Shown here: in pieces, positions 49,619-59,894 of the stretch
Layout: each line of letters starts with the position of its first letter
How positions within the stretch are numbered: the stretch's first letter is position 1
NCBI GenBank assembly: GCA_047601445.1
Contig: JASGJH010000001.1
Location: 4,544,001-4,608,000 of the forward strand
DNA length: 64,000 nucleotides
DNA from: Myxococcales bacterium
GTDB lineage: Bacteria > Myxococcota_A > Polyangia > Polyangiales > DASUME01
Direction of reading: 5' to 3'
The notes under the pieces: generated by a model
Seen by the model: the letters and a program-made list of their open reading frames with translations, nothing else
What the model was told of the DNA's origin: nothing
Database searches by the model: none
Translations under genes and position numbers: made by a program

Positions 49619-50710
49619 TCACGGCGCGCGCGACGCGGCGCGCCGTAGTCCCATCTGCACCTCCGAGCCGGGCTCCGAGACGAAGCCGAACTTGGCGTAC
49701 ACGGCGTGCGCGTCGCGCGTGCGCAGCCCGATGTAGGCCAACGATCGCAGTCGGGGGTGATCGAGCAAGAGCTGCGTCAATGCCTGCCCCACCCCGCGCG
49801 CCCGCCACCCGGGATGCACGACCACGTCCATGATCCAGCCGAAGCGCGCGCCGTCGGTCACCGCGCGTGCACTCCCGATCGGCACACCATCGGGGTCTCG
49901 CGCCACGACCCAAGCTTGGGACCCGAGCTGCGCGGCGGCCATCACCGACGGGGAGAACTCGCGCGTCCAGTACTGATCGTCCAGGAGCGCGGCCACCGCA
50001 CGCGCGTCGTCGGCGTCGGGCGCGACGCACAGCTCGGTGCCCGCGGGTCCCCGTAGAAAGTCCGGCCGCGGACTTTCCGGATGGGCCTCCTTGATGGCGC
50101 GGATGGCCCGCATGTCGCTGGCCCCACCACGCTGCCATAGGCCCGCGAGGACCGACTCGATCTGCGAGCGCGAGCGGTGCTGTCCCAGCCGGAACTTGGC
50201 GCTCACCCGCTCGGGCACCAGCTCGGCCACGAACAGGTGCTCGATCACCTTGCGATAGCGCCGGTCGTCCACCGCGATGGGCGCATAGCCTCCTTCGGGC
50301 TGAAACCGTTCCATCATCGTCCTCAGGATGCGCGCGCGCCGCTCGAGATCCTCCACCAGCTGCACGTGCCCTTCGACGAGAGCGCTGATGAAATACGTCG
50401 ACGCAGGACACGCAAGCTCGGGGTGAATCCAATGGCTCGAGATTTGGGCCACCACTTCGTCGGTGCTCGCCACCGCGCGCCGCCCGACGAGCTCGAGCTT
50501 CTCGCCAGCATCGGCCCCGTGGAAGCACAGCCGACCATCCACCACCACCGCAGTGAAAGCGCGCAGGAGCGGCGTGCCGTCCGCGAGCACGCACGCGAAG
50601 CGCACGCAGGGGGCGCGCTCGAAGAGTTGCCAGGCCTGCGCCTCGTCGCGCCGAAACAGGGCCCGCTTGTGCTCACGCTGCTGCCGAAGATCGTCTGGCG
50701 AATCGAGCAT
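49619..50710 (-). CDS. Fusion of flavin-binding split-barrel (NimA/PaiB-like) domain and GNAT acetyltransferase
   Basis: FHG...GEK, PASTYFISA, AKFRLGQ.R; then ARAVTDG, DVVVHP.WRARGVG, YAKFGF. Confidence 0.8.
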   Translation of the reverse strand: MLDSPDDLRQQREHKRALFRRDEAQAWQLFERAPCVRFACVLADGTPLLRAFTAVVVDGRLCFHGADAGEKLELVGRRAVASTDEVVAQISSHWIHPELACPASTYFISALVEGHVQLVEDLERRARILRTMMERFQPEGGYAPIAVDDRRYRKVIEHLFVAELVPERVSAKFRLGQHRSRSQIESVLAGLWQRGGASDMRAIRAIKEAHPESPRPDFLRGPAGTELCVAPDADDARAVAALLDDQYWTREFSPSVMAAAQLGSQAWVVARDPDGVPIGSARAVTDGARFGWIMDVVVHPGWRARGVGQALTQLLLDHPRLRSLAYIGLRTRDAHAVYAKFGFVSEPGSEVQMGLRRAASRAP

Positions 50711-50728
50711 GGCTTCGAGTATGCTCGC

Positions 50729-50775
50729 AACTGGTCCATCGAGTAGATCCAGTTTCGACATTTCAAACAGACCAG
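50729..50775. promoter_or_regulatory. Putative MocR-type operator in divergent intergenic region
   Basis: CTGGTC...GACCAG inverted pair, plus ATCCAG, between the GNAT fusion and the regulator. Confidence 0.45.
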
Positions 50776-50783
50776 CCAATCCC

Positions 50784-52244
50784 ATGTCCAAACCCTACGT
50801 CCTGGAGCTCGCGACCGGCTCTTCCCCCCTGCACGTGCGCATCGCGCAGTCCGTGGCCAACGACATCGCGCGCGGGCGGCTCAAGGCCGGTGCGCGTCTA
50901 CCCGGCTCTCGCAGCCTGGCGCAGATGCTCGGCGTGCACCGCAACACGGTGAACGCCGCGCTCGCCGAGTTGACGGCCCAGGGCTGGGTGGAGCCGCAAC
51001 CCGCCCGCGGCTACTTCGTGCGCGAGCCCGATCCGAGCTTCGTGGCGCGCGATTCCCGTGTCCGCGAGGGCACCCCGGCCAGCGTGCCGGAGCGGCCTGG
51101 TTTCGAACTGGGTGCCGCAGTCCCACGCGAGGCGGTACGCGGCGAGTTGCCCAAGGCACTCATCCTCACCGGTGGCGTACCGGACCCCCGCCTGTTTCCC
51201 CACGCCCAACTGGCGCGCGCGTACCGTCGCGCCCTGAAGCACCGCGGACCGGCGCTGCTCGACTACGGCTATCCACAGGGAGAGCCGAGCCTACGCGAAG
51301 CGCTGGCCAACATGGTGCGCGAAAATCGCGGCATCGCAGCGCGCGCCGACGACGTGCTGGTCACGCGCGGCAGTCAGCAGGCCATCTGGCTCGCGGCCCA
51401 GGCGCTGTGTTCGCCGGGCGACCGCGTCGGCGTCGAAGAGCTCGGTTATCCCCCCGCCTGGGGTGCGCTGCGCATGGCGGGTGCTCAACTGGTACCGCTC
51501 GAGCTCGATCACGAGGGCGTGCGCGTGGAGTCGGTGGAGCGTGCGCTCGCGAGCGGCCCATTGAGAGCCCTCTACCTGACTCCGCATCATCAGTACCCGA
51601 CCATGGTAGCCCTCAGTCCGCAGCGTCGCTTGGCCCTGCTCGATTTGGCGCGCCGCCACCGCTTCGCCATCCTCGAAGACGACTACTCTCACGAGTTCCA
51701 CTACGAAGGGCGCCCGCGTCTGCCCATGGCGAGCTCCGACAGCCACGGCAACGTGGTGTATCTCGGGGGGCTATCCAAGATCCTCGCGCCAGGTCTCCGC
51801 GTGGGGTACGTGGTGGCCCCGCGCGCGCTCCTCGCGCGCATGGCGGACCTGCGCAGCCTCGTCGATCGCCAAGGGGACGCCCTAGGCGAAGCCGCCGTGG
51901 CGGAGCTCATTGCCGAGGGCGACGTCGCGCGCCACGCGCGAAAGATGCGTGAGATCTACCTGGCGCGCCGCTCCGTGCTGGTCGACGTGCTGCGGCGTGA
52001 GTTCGGGGACCGCATGTCGTTCGAGATTCCTCAGGGAGGCATGGCACTCTGGATCGAGGTGCGCGGCGTCAAGCCGAGCGCCTGGGCCGAGCGCGCGAAG
52101 GCGCGCGGCGTGTGGTTTCGCGCCGGCGTGGAGTTCTCGCTGGAGCACAAGACCTTGCCCTACGTGCGCATGGGCTTTACGCGACTCGATGAGAAGGAGA
52201 TCCACAAGGCCGTCAAAGAGGCCGCCAAGGCCTGGTCGGAGTGA
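50784..52244 (+). CDS. MocR/GabR family regulator (GntR HTH plus PLP aminotransferase-like domain)
   Basis: LPGSRSLA..LGVHRNTV, TPHHQYPT, EDDYSHEF, SKILAPGLRVGY. Confidence 0.93.
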   Translation: MSKPYVLELATGSSPLHVRIAQSVANDIARGRLKAGARLPGSRSLAQMLGVHRNTVNAALAELTAQGWVEPQPARGYFVREPDPSFVARDSRVREGTPASVPERPGFELGAAVPREAVRGELPKALILTGGVPDPRLFPHAQLARAYRRALKHRGPALLDYGYPQGEPSLREALANMVRENRGIAARADDVLVTRGSQQAIWLAAQALCSPGDRVGVEELGYPPAWGALRMAGAQLVPLELDHEGVRVESVERALASGPLRALYLTPHHQYPTMVALSPQRRLALLDLARRHRFAILEDDYSHEFHYEGRPRLPMASSDSHGNVVYLGGLSKILAPGLRVGYVVAPRALLARMADLRSLVDRQGDALGEAAVAELIAEGDVARHARKMREIYLARRSVLVDVLRREFGDRMSFEIPQGGMALWIEVRGVKPSAWAERAKARGVWFRAGVEFSLEHKTLPYVRMGFTRLDEKEIHKAVKEAAKAWSE

Positions 52245-52422
52245 GACATGCATCAGCAAGGAGGACGCGCGTCTCGCGCACCCACGAGGCCGCACCGATT
52301 TGGTGACAACGAAGAGAAGGTCGACTGTTTCGGGGTGAATCCGCGCGCTGGCAGGTTGCGCGCCCTGGGGCATTCGAACTACCTGTCTGTCTCGTTGTGC
52401 TCGACCTTCCCCCGGAGCGTGG

Positions 52423-53097
52423 GTGACACGCGCGCTGAGCAGACTGTGGATCATCCTTGCGTGTGTTGCGCTGATGTCTGGCGCGGCTTCTCACGTGAGG
52501 GCCCAGGAAGATAGCTTGCCGAAGGTCAGCGTCGGCTTGCTCGCCGGTAGTGCGGGCACGAGCGCGGGCAGTCTCAAGGTGCGCGGCTACGAAGGGCACC
52601 TGCACAGGCGCGTCGGTTTTGCGCTGAGCGTGCCACTGCGGCTTGGTGGCGATCGCTTCGGCTTCGTCGTTGCGCCGATGCTGCAGACTTCGAAGATCTT
52701 CCACACGCGACGCGACGCCTACGGCAATCCCATCGGAAACCGCGAGGTGCACCTACTGGGGCTCGGTGGCTATCTCGGTCCTGCCTACACGGCGCGCCTT
52801 GCCCATCGGCTCTGGCTGAGCTTCGGACTCGGCATCAAGGCCCTCTATCTGCGCAACTCCGCCTTCCGCTACGCCGCGGACTTCTACGCGCGCGTGCCCA
52901 TCACGCTGCTCTTCTACGATACCGACAAGATCGCCCTGTGCGCCGAGATCGGGGCCGGCTACGGAGCGAGTGCGCTCGCCAACCTGCCACAGCCCGTGTT
53001 CAATCCGGTCACCAACAAGCTCACGTTGGGCGACGCCAATCCCAGCTTCGGCCTGGGCGCGACCTGGGACTTCGCGCTCGGCATCAGCTTCCCCTGA
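52423..53097 (+). CDS. Putative outer-membrane beta-barrel protein
   Basis: Signal peptide, alternating beta-strand pattern, C-terminal ALGISFP. Confidence 0.6.
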   Translation: MTRALSRLWIILACVALMSGAASHVRAQEDSLPKVSVGLLAGSAGTSAGSLKVRGYEGHLHRRVGFALSVPLRLGGDRFGFVVAPMLQTSKIFHTRRDAYGNPIGNREVHLLGLGGYLGPAYTARLAHRLWLSFGLGIKALYLRNSAFRYAADFYARVPITLLFYDTDKIALCAEIGAGYGASALANLPQPVFNPVTNKLTLGDANPSFGLGATWDFALGISFP

Positions 53098-53112
53098 GCT
53101 TTCGACGGGAGG

Positions 53113-54156
53113 CTAGCAGCGCGCCGCGAGCTGCCCGCAAGCCGCGGCAACGTCGCCGCCGCCGCTGTAGCGCTGGTGGGTACGGTAGCCGGTGCTCTGC
53201 ACGCCTCGCACGAACTCCGCCATGCGCTCGTCGCTGGCGCGCTGGAAGGGATCGTCGCTGGCGTCGATGCTGTTGTAGGGGATCACGCTCAGGCGTGGTC
53301 GCACACCGGTGCGCTCCCAAAAGGCCCGCGCCGTGGCACCGAGCGCCGCACCATCCTCGAACGCGTCGTTCACACCTTGTAGCGGCGTGACGGCCCACAA
53401 GGGCGCGAGCCCGGTGGTGGTCGCGTGTTCGGCCACCGCGTCGAGCACCTCCTCGAAGGGATGCGCGTTGGAGATCGGCATCAAGAGCTTGCGCTTCTCC
53501 TGCCGCACGTTGCCGATGGAGAGCCCGAGCCGCACCTTGGGTGCTTCGCGCGCGAGCCGGCGAATGCCCTGCGGCAAGCCCGACGTGCACACCGTGATGT
53601 TCCGCTGATCGATCGCGAGTCCGCATGGCTCACGCAGCACCTCGATGACCTCGAGTACACGATCCAGGTTGGCCATGGGCTCGCCCATGCCCTGGAAGAC
53701 CACGCCGTGAACCCGGCCTTCGCTCAAGTGCCTGCGCACCGTGCGCACCTGCTCCACGATCTCCCAGGTCTCCAGGTTGCGCGTGAGGCCCATACGCCCG
53801 GTCGCGCAGAACTTGCAGCCCAGTGCGCAGCCCACCTGCGAGCTCACACAGACCGAGAAACGCCCCTGCTTCTCGAGCGGAATGCGCACGGTCTCGACCA
53901 CATGCCCATCGTGGGTCTTGAGCGCGTACTTCACGAAGGGATCGATCTGGCTCTTCTTCTCGGCCACCAGCTCGAGCGCAGGCACGTGCGTCTCGCTGCG
54001 CACCTTGTTCATGCTGTCGCGGCGCACCCCCTGCAGTGGCGTCCCCGGCGCGTCCTCGCGCTGCACCGACGCGTGCACCTTGCGGGCCTCGGTCAGCTCG
54101 ATGGAGAGCTCGCTGGCGAGTCGTTCGGGGGTCAGACCTTGCAGAGCGTGGGGCAC
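53113..54156 (-). CDS. RlmN/Cfr-family radical SAM RNA methyltransferase
   Basis: CVSSQVGCALGCKFCATG, QGMGEP, AACGQL. Confidence 0.88.
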   Translation of the reverse strand: MPHALQGLTPERLASELSIELTEARKVHASVQREDAPGTPLQGVRRDSMNKVRSETHVPALELVAEKKSQIDPFVKYALKTHDGHVVETVRIPLEKQGRFSVCVSSQVGCALGCKFCATGRMGLTRNLETWEIVEQVRTVRRHLSEGRVHGVVFQGMGEPMANLDRVLEVIEVLREPCGLAIDQRNITVCTSGLPQGIRRLAREAPKVRLGLSIGNVRQEKRKLLMPISNAHPFEEVLDAVAEHATTTGLAPLWAVTPLQGVNDAFEDGAALGATARAFWERTGVRPRLSVIPYNSIDASDDPFQRASDERMAEFVRGVQSTGYRTHQRYSGGGDVAAACGQLAARC

Positions 54157-54185
54157 GGCGGCCGAGGCTTAGCACGCTTCTCTCA

Positions 54186-54268
54186 CGGGGAGGTCCCGCG
54201 ACCTCCCCGCCCCTTCGCAGCAAAGCCGCGACGGCTCCCATCCCTCCGCGAGGTTCGCGGTGCTCACG
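54186..54268 (-). repeat. Dispersed structured intergenic element, copy 2
   Basis: Colinear with 49336..49418, same hairpins. Confidence 0.8.
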
Positions 54269-54288
54269 ACGTGCTCTGACGCAGCGGA

Positions 54289-54600
54289 CTAAACCAGCGA
54301 ATCCAAAAGCGATGTCAGCTCGGTCAGGGCGTGCTCGTTGCCCGCTTTCTGGGCCGCCACCAGCCCCCGCTGAGCGAGCTCCTTGGCGCGCGCCACGTCC
54401 CCGGACTGCTGTGCGAGCTGGGCCGCCATCAGGTAGCTCGGCACGTAGTCCGCGAACCCCTCGGTCACGCCGACCATGGCTTCGAGCGCCTCCGCGTCGC
54501 GCCCGAGGGAGCGCAGCTCGAGAGCGCGTGCGTAGTGATGGAAAGGATCCTTCGAGCCTTCCCCGATCAGCTTGTCGAACAGAGCCAGTCGCTTGCTCAT
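54289..54600 (-). CDS. Small TPR protein
   Basis: [25 protein letters not shown]-like helices; ATGA overlap with hpt. Confidence 0.8.
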   Translation of the reverse strand: MSKRLALFDKLIGEGSKDPFHHYARALELRSLGRDAEALEAMVGVTEGFADYVPSYLMAAQLAQQSGDVARAKELAQRGLVAAQKAGNEHALTELTSLLDSLV

Positions 54601-55157
54601 TGGATCGATCCCGCCTTGGAGCCCGGAGAGGTCTGTCGCACGAAGCCCACGAACGGCAAGTTGCGGTAGCGCTCCGCCCAGTCGAGCCCGTAACCGACCA
54701 CGAACACATCATCCACGCGGAAGCCCAGGTAATCGATGTTGGAGTCGACCCGTGCGCGCGAGGGCTTGTGCAGCAGGGCGCACACCTTCACCGAGCGCGG
54801 CCTGCGCGTCTCGAGGTTCTTGCGCAGGTACTCGAGCGTGAGCCCGGTGTCGACGATGTCCTCTACGATCAGCACGTCCTTGCCCTCGATGGGCCGCGTG
54901 AGATCGCTGGTGATCTGCACCACGCCGCTCGAGCTCTGGCTGTCGCCATAGCTCTTGAGCCCCAAGAACTCGATGGCCAGCGGGAGCTCGATGGCGCGCG
55001 CGAGATCGGCGCAGAACACGAAGCTGCCCTTGAGCACGGACACCAAGAGCAGCTCGCGACCCGCGTAGTCCTGGGTGATCGTTCGCCCCAAGATCGCGAT
55101 GCGTTCCTGGATGGCTGCCTGGCTGATCAACACGTCGACTTCCGGGGCGTAATTCAT
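54597..55157 (-). CDS. hpt: Hypoxanthine phosphoribosyltransferase
   Basis: [38 protein letters not shown]. Confidence 0.96.
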   Translation of the reverse strand: MNYAPEVDVLISQAAIQERIAILGRTITQDYAGRELLLVSVLKGSFVFCADLARAIELPLAIEFLGLKSYGDSQSSSGVVQITSDLTRPIEGKDVLIVEDIVDTGLTLEYLRKNLETRRPRSVKVCALLHKPSRARVDSNIDYLGFRVDDVFVVGYGLDWAERYRNLPFVGFVRQTSPGSKAGSIQ

Positions 55158-55172
55158 GGCCCGAACCATAGC

Positions 55173-55919
55173 TCAGCTGGCGCTGCGCAAGGTGAGCTCA
55201 CGCAACAGTCGTAGCCCCACGCGCAGCGCGGCGGGCGCCTGAACCACGGCGGGCCACAGCAAGACCGCGGCAAGCAGCAAGAACAGCGGCTGCGCCAGGG
55301 CGGGTCCCACGGCCTGACCGGCGGCGCGCCCGAGTCCACGTCGGACCAAGGCGAGCGCGGCCTCGACGACCAAGCAAGCACACAGGAGCGGGAGCCCGAC
55401 CGCCAGCGAGAGCGCCAGCGCCTCCCCCACCAGGCGCACGACCCCTAGCCCGAACGCCGCCGAATCGAAGCCGGCCCGGCCGGGCGGAGCCAGAAGCACA
55501 CTCTGTTGCAGACCGATCACCAGGCTCCGTTCCAGCCCGAGGTTCAGACACAGCACGAGAGCAGCGAGCACATAGGCGGTCGCGATGGGCCCCGAGCGGG
55601 CACGGGAAACGCCGGACCAGGCCAGCTCGGAAAAGCGCGCCGCCCAACCGAACGCCGCCAGCGGCAGCAGCAGCGCGAGGGCGGCCAGCGACCCCAGGCA
55701 CAGCTCCCGAGTGATCGACAGGACCAGGCTCGCGGGTCGCAGCAGGGCCGACGGATCGGGCAAGGGGCCCACGCCGAGGGAGAGACCCACGCTGAGCGCC
55801 AAGCCGGCGGAGAGCGCCACCAGCCATCCCACGAGGCCCCGACTGAGTGCCACTAGCAGCAGGATTAGCGGGAAAATCCGCGCGAAGAGCAGGCCGAGGA
55901 TCAGCAGCGAGGCGTTCAT
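55173..55919 (-). CDS. FliR/SctT-like export-gate membrane protein (divergent)
   Basis: FARIFP, ELCLG, LAVGLP..L.VE.ALAL..R; adjacent to fliQ-like gene. Confidence 0.6.
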   Translation of the reverse strand: MNASLLILGLLFARIFPLILLLVALSRGLVGWLVALSAGLALSVGLSLGVGPLPDPSALLRPASLVLSITRELCLGSLAALALLLPLAAFGWAARFSELAWSGVSRARSGPIATAYVLAALVLCLNLGLERSLVIGLQQSVLLAPPGRAGFDSAAFGLGVVRLVGEALALSLAVGLPLLCACLVVEAALALVRRGLGRAAGQAVGPALAQPLFLLLAAVLLWPAVVQAPAALRVGLRLLRELTLRSAS

Positions 55920-55961
55920 TCGAGGGCGAGTTCGGCGCGCACAAGCGCACGCCGGGAGGCG

Positions 55962-56228
55962 TCAGTGCACCAAGGCGGGCAGATCGTGGAGCAGCCGGCT
56001 AGTGAAGCTCACCAACTGCTGGGCCATCCATGTACCGGCGAGCCCCAACGTGAGGAACACGGCCAGCGATCGTGGGATGGCGTTGAGTGCGGGATCACCG
56101 AGCTGGCTGAAGGCCTGCCCCAGTCCCACCAGCAGCGCGACCACGAAACCCACCCCCAGCACTGGCAGCGAAACCCACAGAGACAGGTACAGCGCGTCGG
56201 TGAGGGTACGCGTAAGCAGGTCGTGCAC
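55962..56228 (-). CDS. FliQ/SctS-like export-gate protein
   Basis: ALYLSL..SLPVL....VALLVGL.QA.SQL.D..L..IPR..GTWM; 88 aa. Confidence 0.8.
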   Translation of the reverse strand: MHDLLTRTLTDALYLSLWVSLPVLGVGFVVALLVGLGQAFSQLGDPALNAIPRSLAVFLTLGLAGTWMAQQLVSFTSRLLHDLPALVH

Positions 56229-56349
56229 AAGCCGAGGCTAGCGGGTCCCGCCCCCCAGAACCAGTCAGTATCCGAGCCCAACCCTGCAAAAGGTCGCGAC
56301 CTCTGGCACAAAATCAGTACACTTGGTTCAGGACTTACGAGGCTCGCTT

Positions 56350-56709
56350 TTGGCTGACGATCAGCGCAAGCACGACGGCGACGATTCAGACGACGGTTCC
56401 TCCGGCAATGCCGCGGACGATCCCACCGCCGTGTGGGATGCGGAAGCGTTGCGCAAAGCAGGCCTCGATGAGCTAGGCCCGCTGCCGGAGCACGTTCAAA
56501 CGGCCCCGGCCACGCACGCCACGGACGCCAACCGCACGGCCCCGAGCATGGTGGTCGATCCGCGCGCCACGGGCGCTCACGAGGCACCGCGCCCCGCAGC
56601 CGCTGGTTCCGCGAAGGAAGCTAGCAAGGAGCTCAGCTGGCCCGCGACCATGGGACTCGCGCTCGGCCTGGGCGGCCTCGTGTACCTGCTCATCCGCTTC
56701 CTGCGCTGA
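56350..56709 (+). CDS. Hypothetical protein with C-terminal membrane anchor
   Basis: DDPTAVWD motif, low-complexity linker, single C-terminal TM. Confidence 0.6.
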   Translation: MADDQRKHDGDDSDDGSSGNAADDPTAVWDAEALRKAGLDELGPLPEHVQTAPATHATDANRTAPSMVVDPRATGAHEAPRPAAAGSAKEASKELSWPATMGLALGLGGLVYLLIRFLR

Positions 56710-56788
56710 GCACGTTCCGCAACGCAACGCCGAACGAGCCCGACCACGCGCACTCGCGCGAAGCGGGCCCAGGTGGCTCACGCCGGTG

Positions 56789-58354
56789 TCAACCGCCAGG
56801 CTGGAAGACCAGCGGGAACGCGAACTCGGATTCGCCGCTCGATGCCGGAAAACGCCAGCGCTTGACGGAGCTCTTGAGGCAGTCGTTCATGCCCCCGAGG
56901 CCGTTGCCCTGGGTCACGACGCCCTTGACGGATCCGCTCTCGCCCACCGTGACGTTGACGGTGACCTTGATGGTGTCCTGCTGTTGTCCGCCTGCTGCGC
57001 GCAACGCCGATTCGTAGCAGCGCTGCAGTGCGCTCTTGTTGTTCTGTACCACGCCCATCAACTGCTGGGCGGTGAGCGCCGGACCCGAGGCGACGGGGGC
57101 TTCGCTCTTGCCTCCGCCTTGAAGCTTGCCCATGGAATCGGCGCCGCCCATGCGCTCCAGCATGCGGCGCTGCTCGTCGGTGAGGTTGTCCTTGGGCGCC
57201 GGTGCCTTCACCTCGGTCTTGGCGCCGCGCGTGCCGCCGGTCTTGGTCTCGGCCTTCGGGGCTTCGGTGGTGGGCGTGGGCTCCGTCGGAACCTCGGCCA
57301 CGATGTCGTTCTTGGCCAGCTCGACCGGCTTGGGCTGCTCCTGCGGAGCAGGCTGCTCTGCCACCGGCACCGGCGCGGGCGTGCCCCAGGTGTTGCGATA
57401 GAGCATGGGCCCGCCGACCAACAAGATGCCCGCCAGCAAGCCCACGGCGATGCCTGTGGTGAGGCCTGAGCTGCCCTTGCCTCCAGCACGGGTCTGCGAT
57501 GGGACGCTCGGCGCAGGAGCTGGTGCCGGCGCCGCGGCCACCGGAACGGGCATCGGCACGGGCGCCATGATCTTGGGCGAACTCGGTGCATTGGTCGGGG
57601 AGCGCAAGGCCGCCGCCGCCAGGCCCGCACTGAGAGGCGAATTGGCCCCGCTCATGTCCGCGATGCGGGTGGGCTCGGCGCCGTCGTCGTCGAACTCTTC
57701 GCCCTCGAGGGGCATCATGGAGGTGCGCGCACCCTGCGGAGCGCCGAACGACGGAGCGCGCGAACGCGCGGGCCGGAGCGAGCGCCCATCGCGCGGACGC
57801 CGCATCAACGCCGCCAGCTCCGGTAGCTCGCCGAGCGGCCGCCAGTCGTCCATGCCTTCACGCCAGCACAGGGAGTCCGCGGTGACCGCGCCGGCCTCGA
57901 TTTTGCGGCCGAGTTCGTCGCGCGTCATGGGACCCACGGGCACGTCCTGGATGGCCACGTGCCAGAGGTCGTACGGAGCCGTGCGCTGCGGTACCTCGGG
58001 CGGCGCGGCTGCGTGACGTCGGAAGTCCGCGCTCAGCGCCGAAGGCGGCTGAGAGCGGGTGGTGAGCCCGCGCGTGGATGGAGGCGCGGGGATGCCAGGC
58101 GCGCGCGGAGGCTTCGGCTGCACATGCGCGCCAGAACCGCCGCGGCCCGGGCCCGGGATCACGGACACACCGCCGCGACGGGGAGCCTGCGTGCTCGCCT
58201 GCGGCGCAGGCGGATTGGAGGCGGCGGGCATGCTGTGGCCGTCGATCAGGATGTCGTGATCGCAGCGCCGGCACTTCATGCGGAGCGTGCGCCCGGTGAC
58301 CTTTTCATCGGCGATCTGGTACTTCGCCTTGCAGTTTCCACAGAGAAACTTCAT
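56789..58354 (-). CDS. GltJ/AgmX-like protein: zinc ribbon, GYF_2, TM, TonB_C-like domain
   Basis: MKFLCGNC.AKY.IADEK..KCRRC; GPMT..L..CWREGMDDWRPL; CYE.AL..C..SVKRWRFP..FPLVF. Confidence 0.8.
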   Translation of the reverse strand: MKFLCGNCKAKYQIADEKVTGRTLRMKCRRCDHDILIDGHSMPAASNPPAPQASTQAPRRGGVSVIPGPGRGGSGAHVQPKPPRAPGIPAPPSTRGLTTRSQPPSALSADFRRHAAAPPEVPQRTAPYDLWHVAIQDVPVGPMTRDELGRKIEAGAVTADSLCWREGMDDWRPLGELPELAALMRRPRDGRSLRPARSRAPSFGAPQGARTSMMPLEGEEFDDDGAEPTRIADMSGANSPLSAGLAAAALRSPTNAPSSPKIMAPVPMPVPVAAAPAPAPAPSVPSQTRAGGKGSSGLTTGIAVGLLAGILLVGGPMLYRNTWGTPAPVPVAEQPAPQEQPKPVELAKNDIVAEVPTEPTPTTEAPKAETKTGGTRGAKTEVKAPAPKDNLTDEQRRMLERMGGADSMGKLQGGGKSEAPVASGPALTAQQLMGVVQNNKSALQRCYESALRAAGGQQQDTIKVTVNVTVGESGSVKGVVTQGNGLGGMNDCLKSSVKRWRFPASSGESEFAFPLVFQPGG

Positions 58355-58418
58355 CGGATTCCTCGAAACAGGTGGTCCTGGGCACGAGCGCGCGGGTCGC
58401 GGCAAATCTGGCTTCGAC

Positions 58419-59894
58419 TCACAGCAAGCTCACCAGATGATTCTTGATGTTGGCACGCGTGGAATCGTCGGGCGCGCTGCCGAGGGCACGCTCCCACATC
58501 TCGGTCGCCTTCAAGCGAAAGCCTGCACGCTGGTAAAGCACGGCCAAGTTCTTGAGCGTCGAAAAATCTCGCGGCCTGAGGTCGGAGGCGGTCTCGAGCG
58601 CCTGGATCGCGTCGAACACGTTGTCCTGCTTTCCGTACAGCAAGCCCAGATGATAGTGCAGACGAAAGGCCAAGGGGTCGATGCCGATGCCGCTTTTCAA
58701 CTGTTCAATCGCGCCCTCGACGTCGCCACGCGCGTAGGCCTCGATGCCCGCCTTGAGGTGGTCGCCCGCGGCACCCGCCGGGTTGTCGGCGTCGTCTTCG
58801 GCGGCCTTGTGCGTGCTCTGGCCGTTCAGCGCACGCTCCACCGCCGCCACCACCTCGTTGATGCGGAAGGGCTTCTCCAAGAACTCGTCGACCCCATAGG
58901 AGCGCCGCAAATCCTCGGCAAAACGCCAGCCCCGATAGATGGCGCTGACCATCACCACCGGGATATGTCCATAGCGGCGGCTGCCCTTGATGCGACGGCA
59001 GATGTCGAAACCGTGGACTTCCGGCAACATCGCGTCGAGCAACAGCACGTCGGGCGGGGCCTCGCGCACCTTCTGCAACGCGTCGAGCCCGCGCGAGCTT
59101 TCGAACACCTCGAAGTCGCGCTCCCGGAACACCCGCACGAGGAGCTGCCGAATATCGTCGCTGTCGTCTACCACCAAAATCCGCCGCTTTGGCTTCTGGA
59201 CGCCCGTGGCCTGCCCGCCGATCTGTGCGCCCGTGGACAGGCCCGAAAAAACATCGTCGATGGCGGGTCCGGAGGAGTCCTCGACCAGCGGGCCGCTGAG
59301 CTCGTCGTCGAACACGTCGGCGGGTGGGCTCGACACGAGGGCATCGTCGCTACCGGGCAACAGCCCCGGCCGAGACGGCCGGTCCGGGTGCAGCGGGATC
59401 TCCTCGCCCTTGCCCGCAAGTGGGCCGGCGTAGGAAGTCTCCCCAGCCTCACGTGCTGCATACGCGGCCTCGAGCACGTCCCGCAGCGCGCCGTGCAGTG
59501 CCACGTATGGGAAGATGCGCTTGCCAGTGACGAACTCGATCTCGTCGATGACCCGCTTGTTGTCCGGATCGGCCATCGCCAAGAACAGCCGCTCGTCCTT
59601 GACCACCAGGGGCAAAATCAGGTGTTGGCGGGCGATATCGACGGGCACGAATTCCAGCGCCGCCAGGTCGATACGAACGCGCCGCAAATCGACCGCGGGC
59701 AGCCCCTGCTGCTCGCTCAACGCGCTGAGCAACTCGGCCGGATTGATCGCGCCACTATCGGCCGCCACCGACGCGAGACGGGCTCCTTCGGAGCGCTGGC
59801 GCTGGAGCAGTGCTTCCAGGCCCTCCGGCGTTACCAACTTGCGCTGCAGTAGGATCCGACCCAGCTGCTTTTTCGCGTCCGAGCTCTCGCTCAT
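58419..59894 (-). CDS. MshEN/T2SSE_N-REC-TPR response regulator
   Basis: QLGRILLQRKLVT..ALSEQ..LFLAMADP; ILVVDDS..LLDAMLP..EKP; C-terminal TPRs. Confidence 0.85.
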   Translation of the reverse strand: MSESSDAKKQLGRILLQRKLVTPEGLEALLQRQRSEGARLASVAADSGAINPAELLSALSEQQGLPAVDLRRVRIDLAALEFVPVDIARQHLILPLVVKDERLFLAMADPDNKRVIDEIEFVTGKRIFPYVALHGALRDVLEAAYAAREAGETSYAGPLAGKGEEIPLHPDRPSRPGLLPGSDDALVSSPPADVFDDELSGPLVEDSSGPAIDDVFSGLSTGAQIGGQATGVQKPKRRILVVDDSDDIRQLLVRVFRERDFEVFESSRGLDALQKVREAPPDVLLLDAMLPEVHGFDICRRIKGSRRYGHIPVVMVSAIYRGWRFAEDLRRSYGVDEFLEKPFRINEVVAAVERALNGQSTHKAAEDDADNPAGAAGDHLKAGIEAYARGDVEGAIEQLKSGIGIDPLAFRLHYHLGLLYGKQDNVFDAIQALETASDLRPRDFSTLKNLAVLYQRAGFRLKATEMWERALGSAPDDSTRANIKNHLVSLL

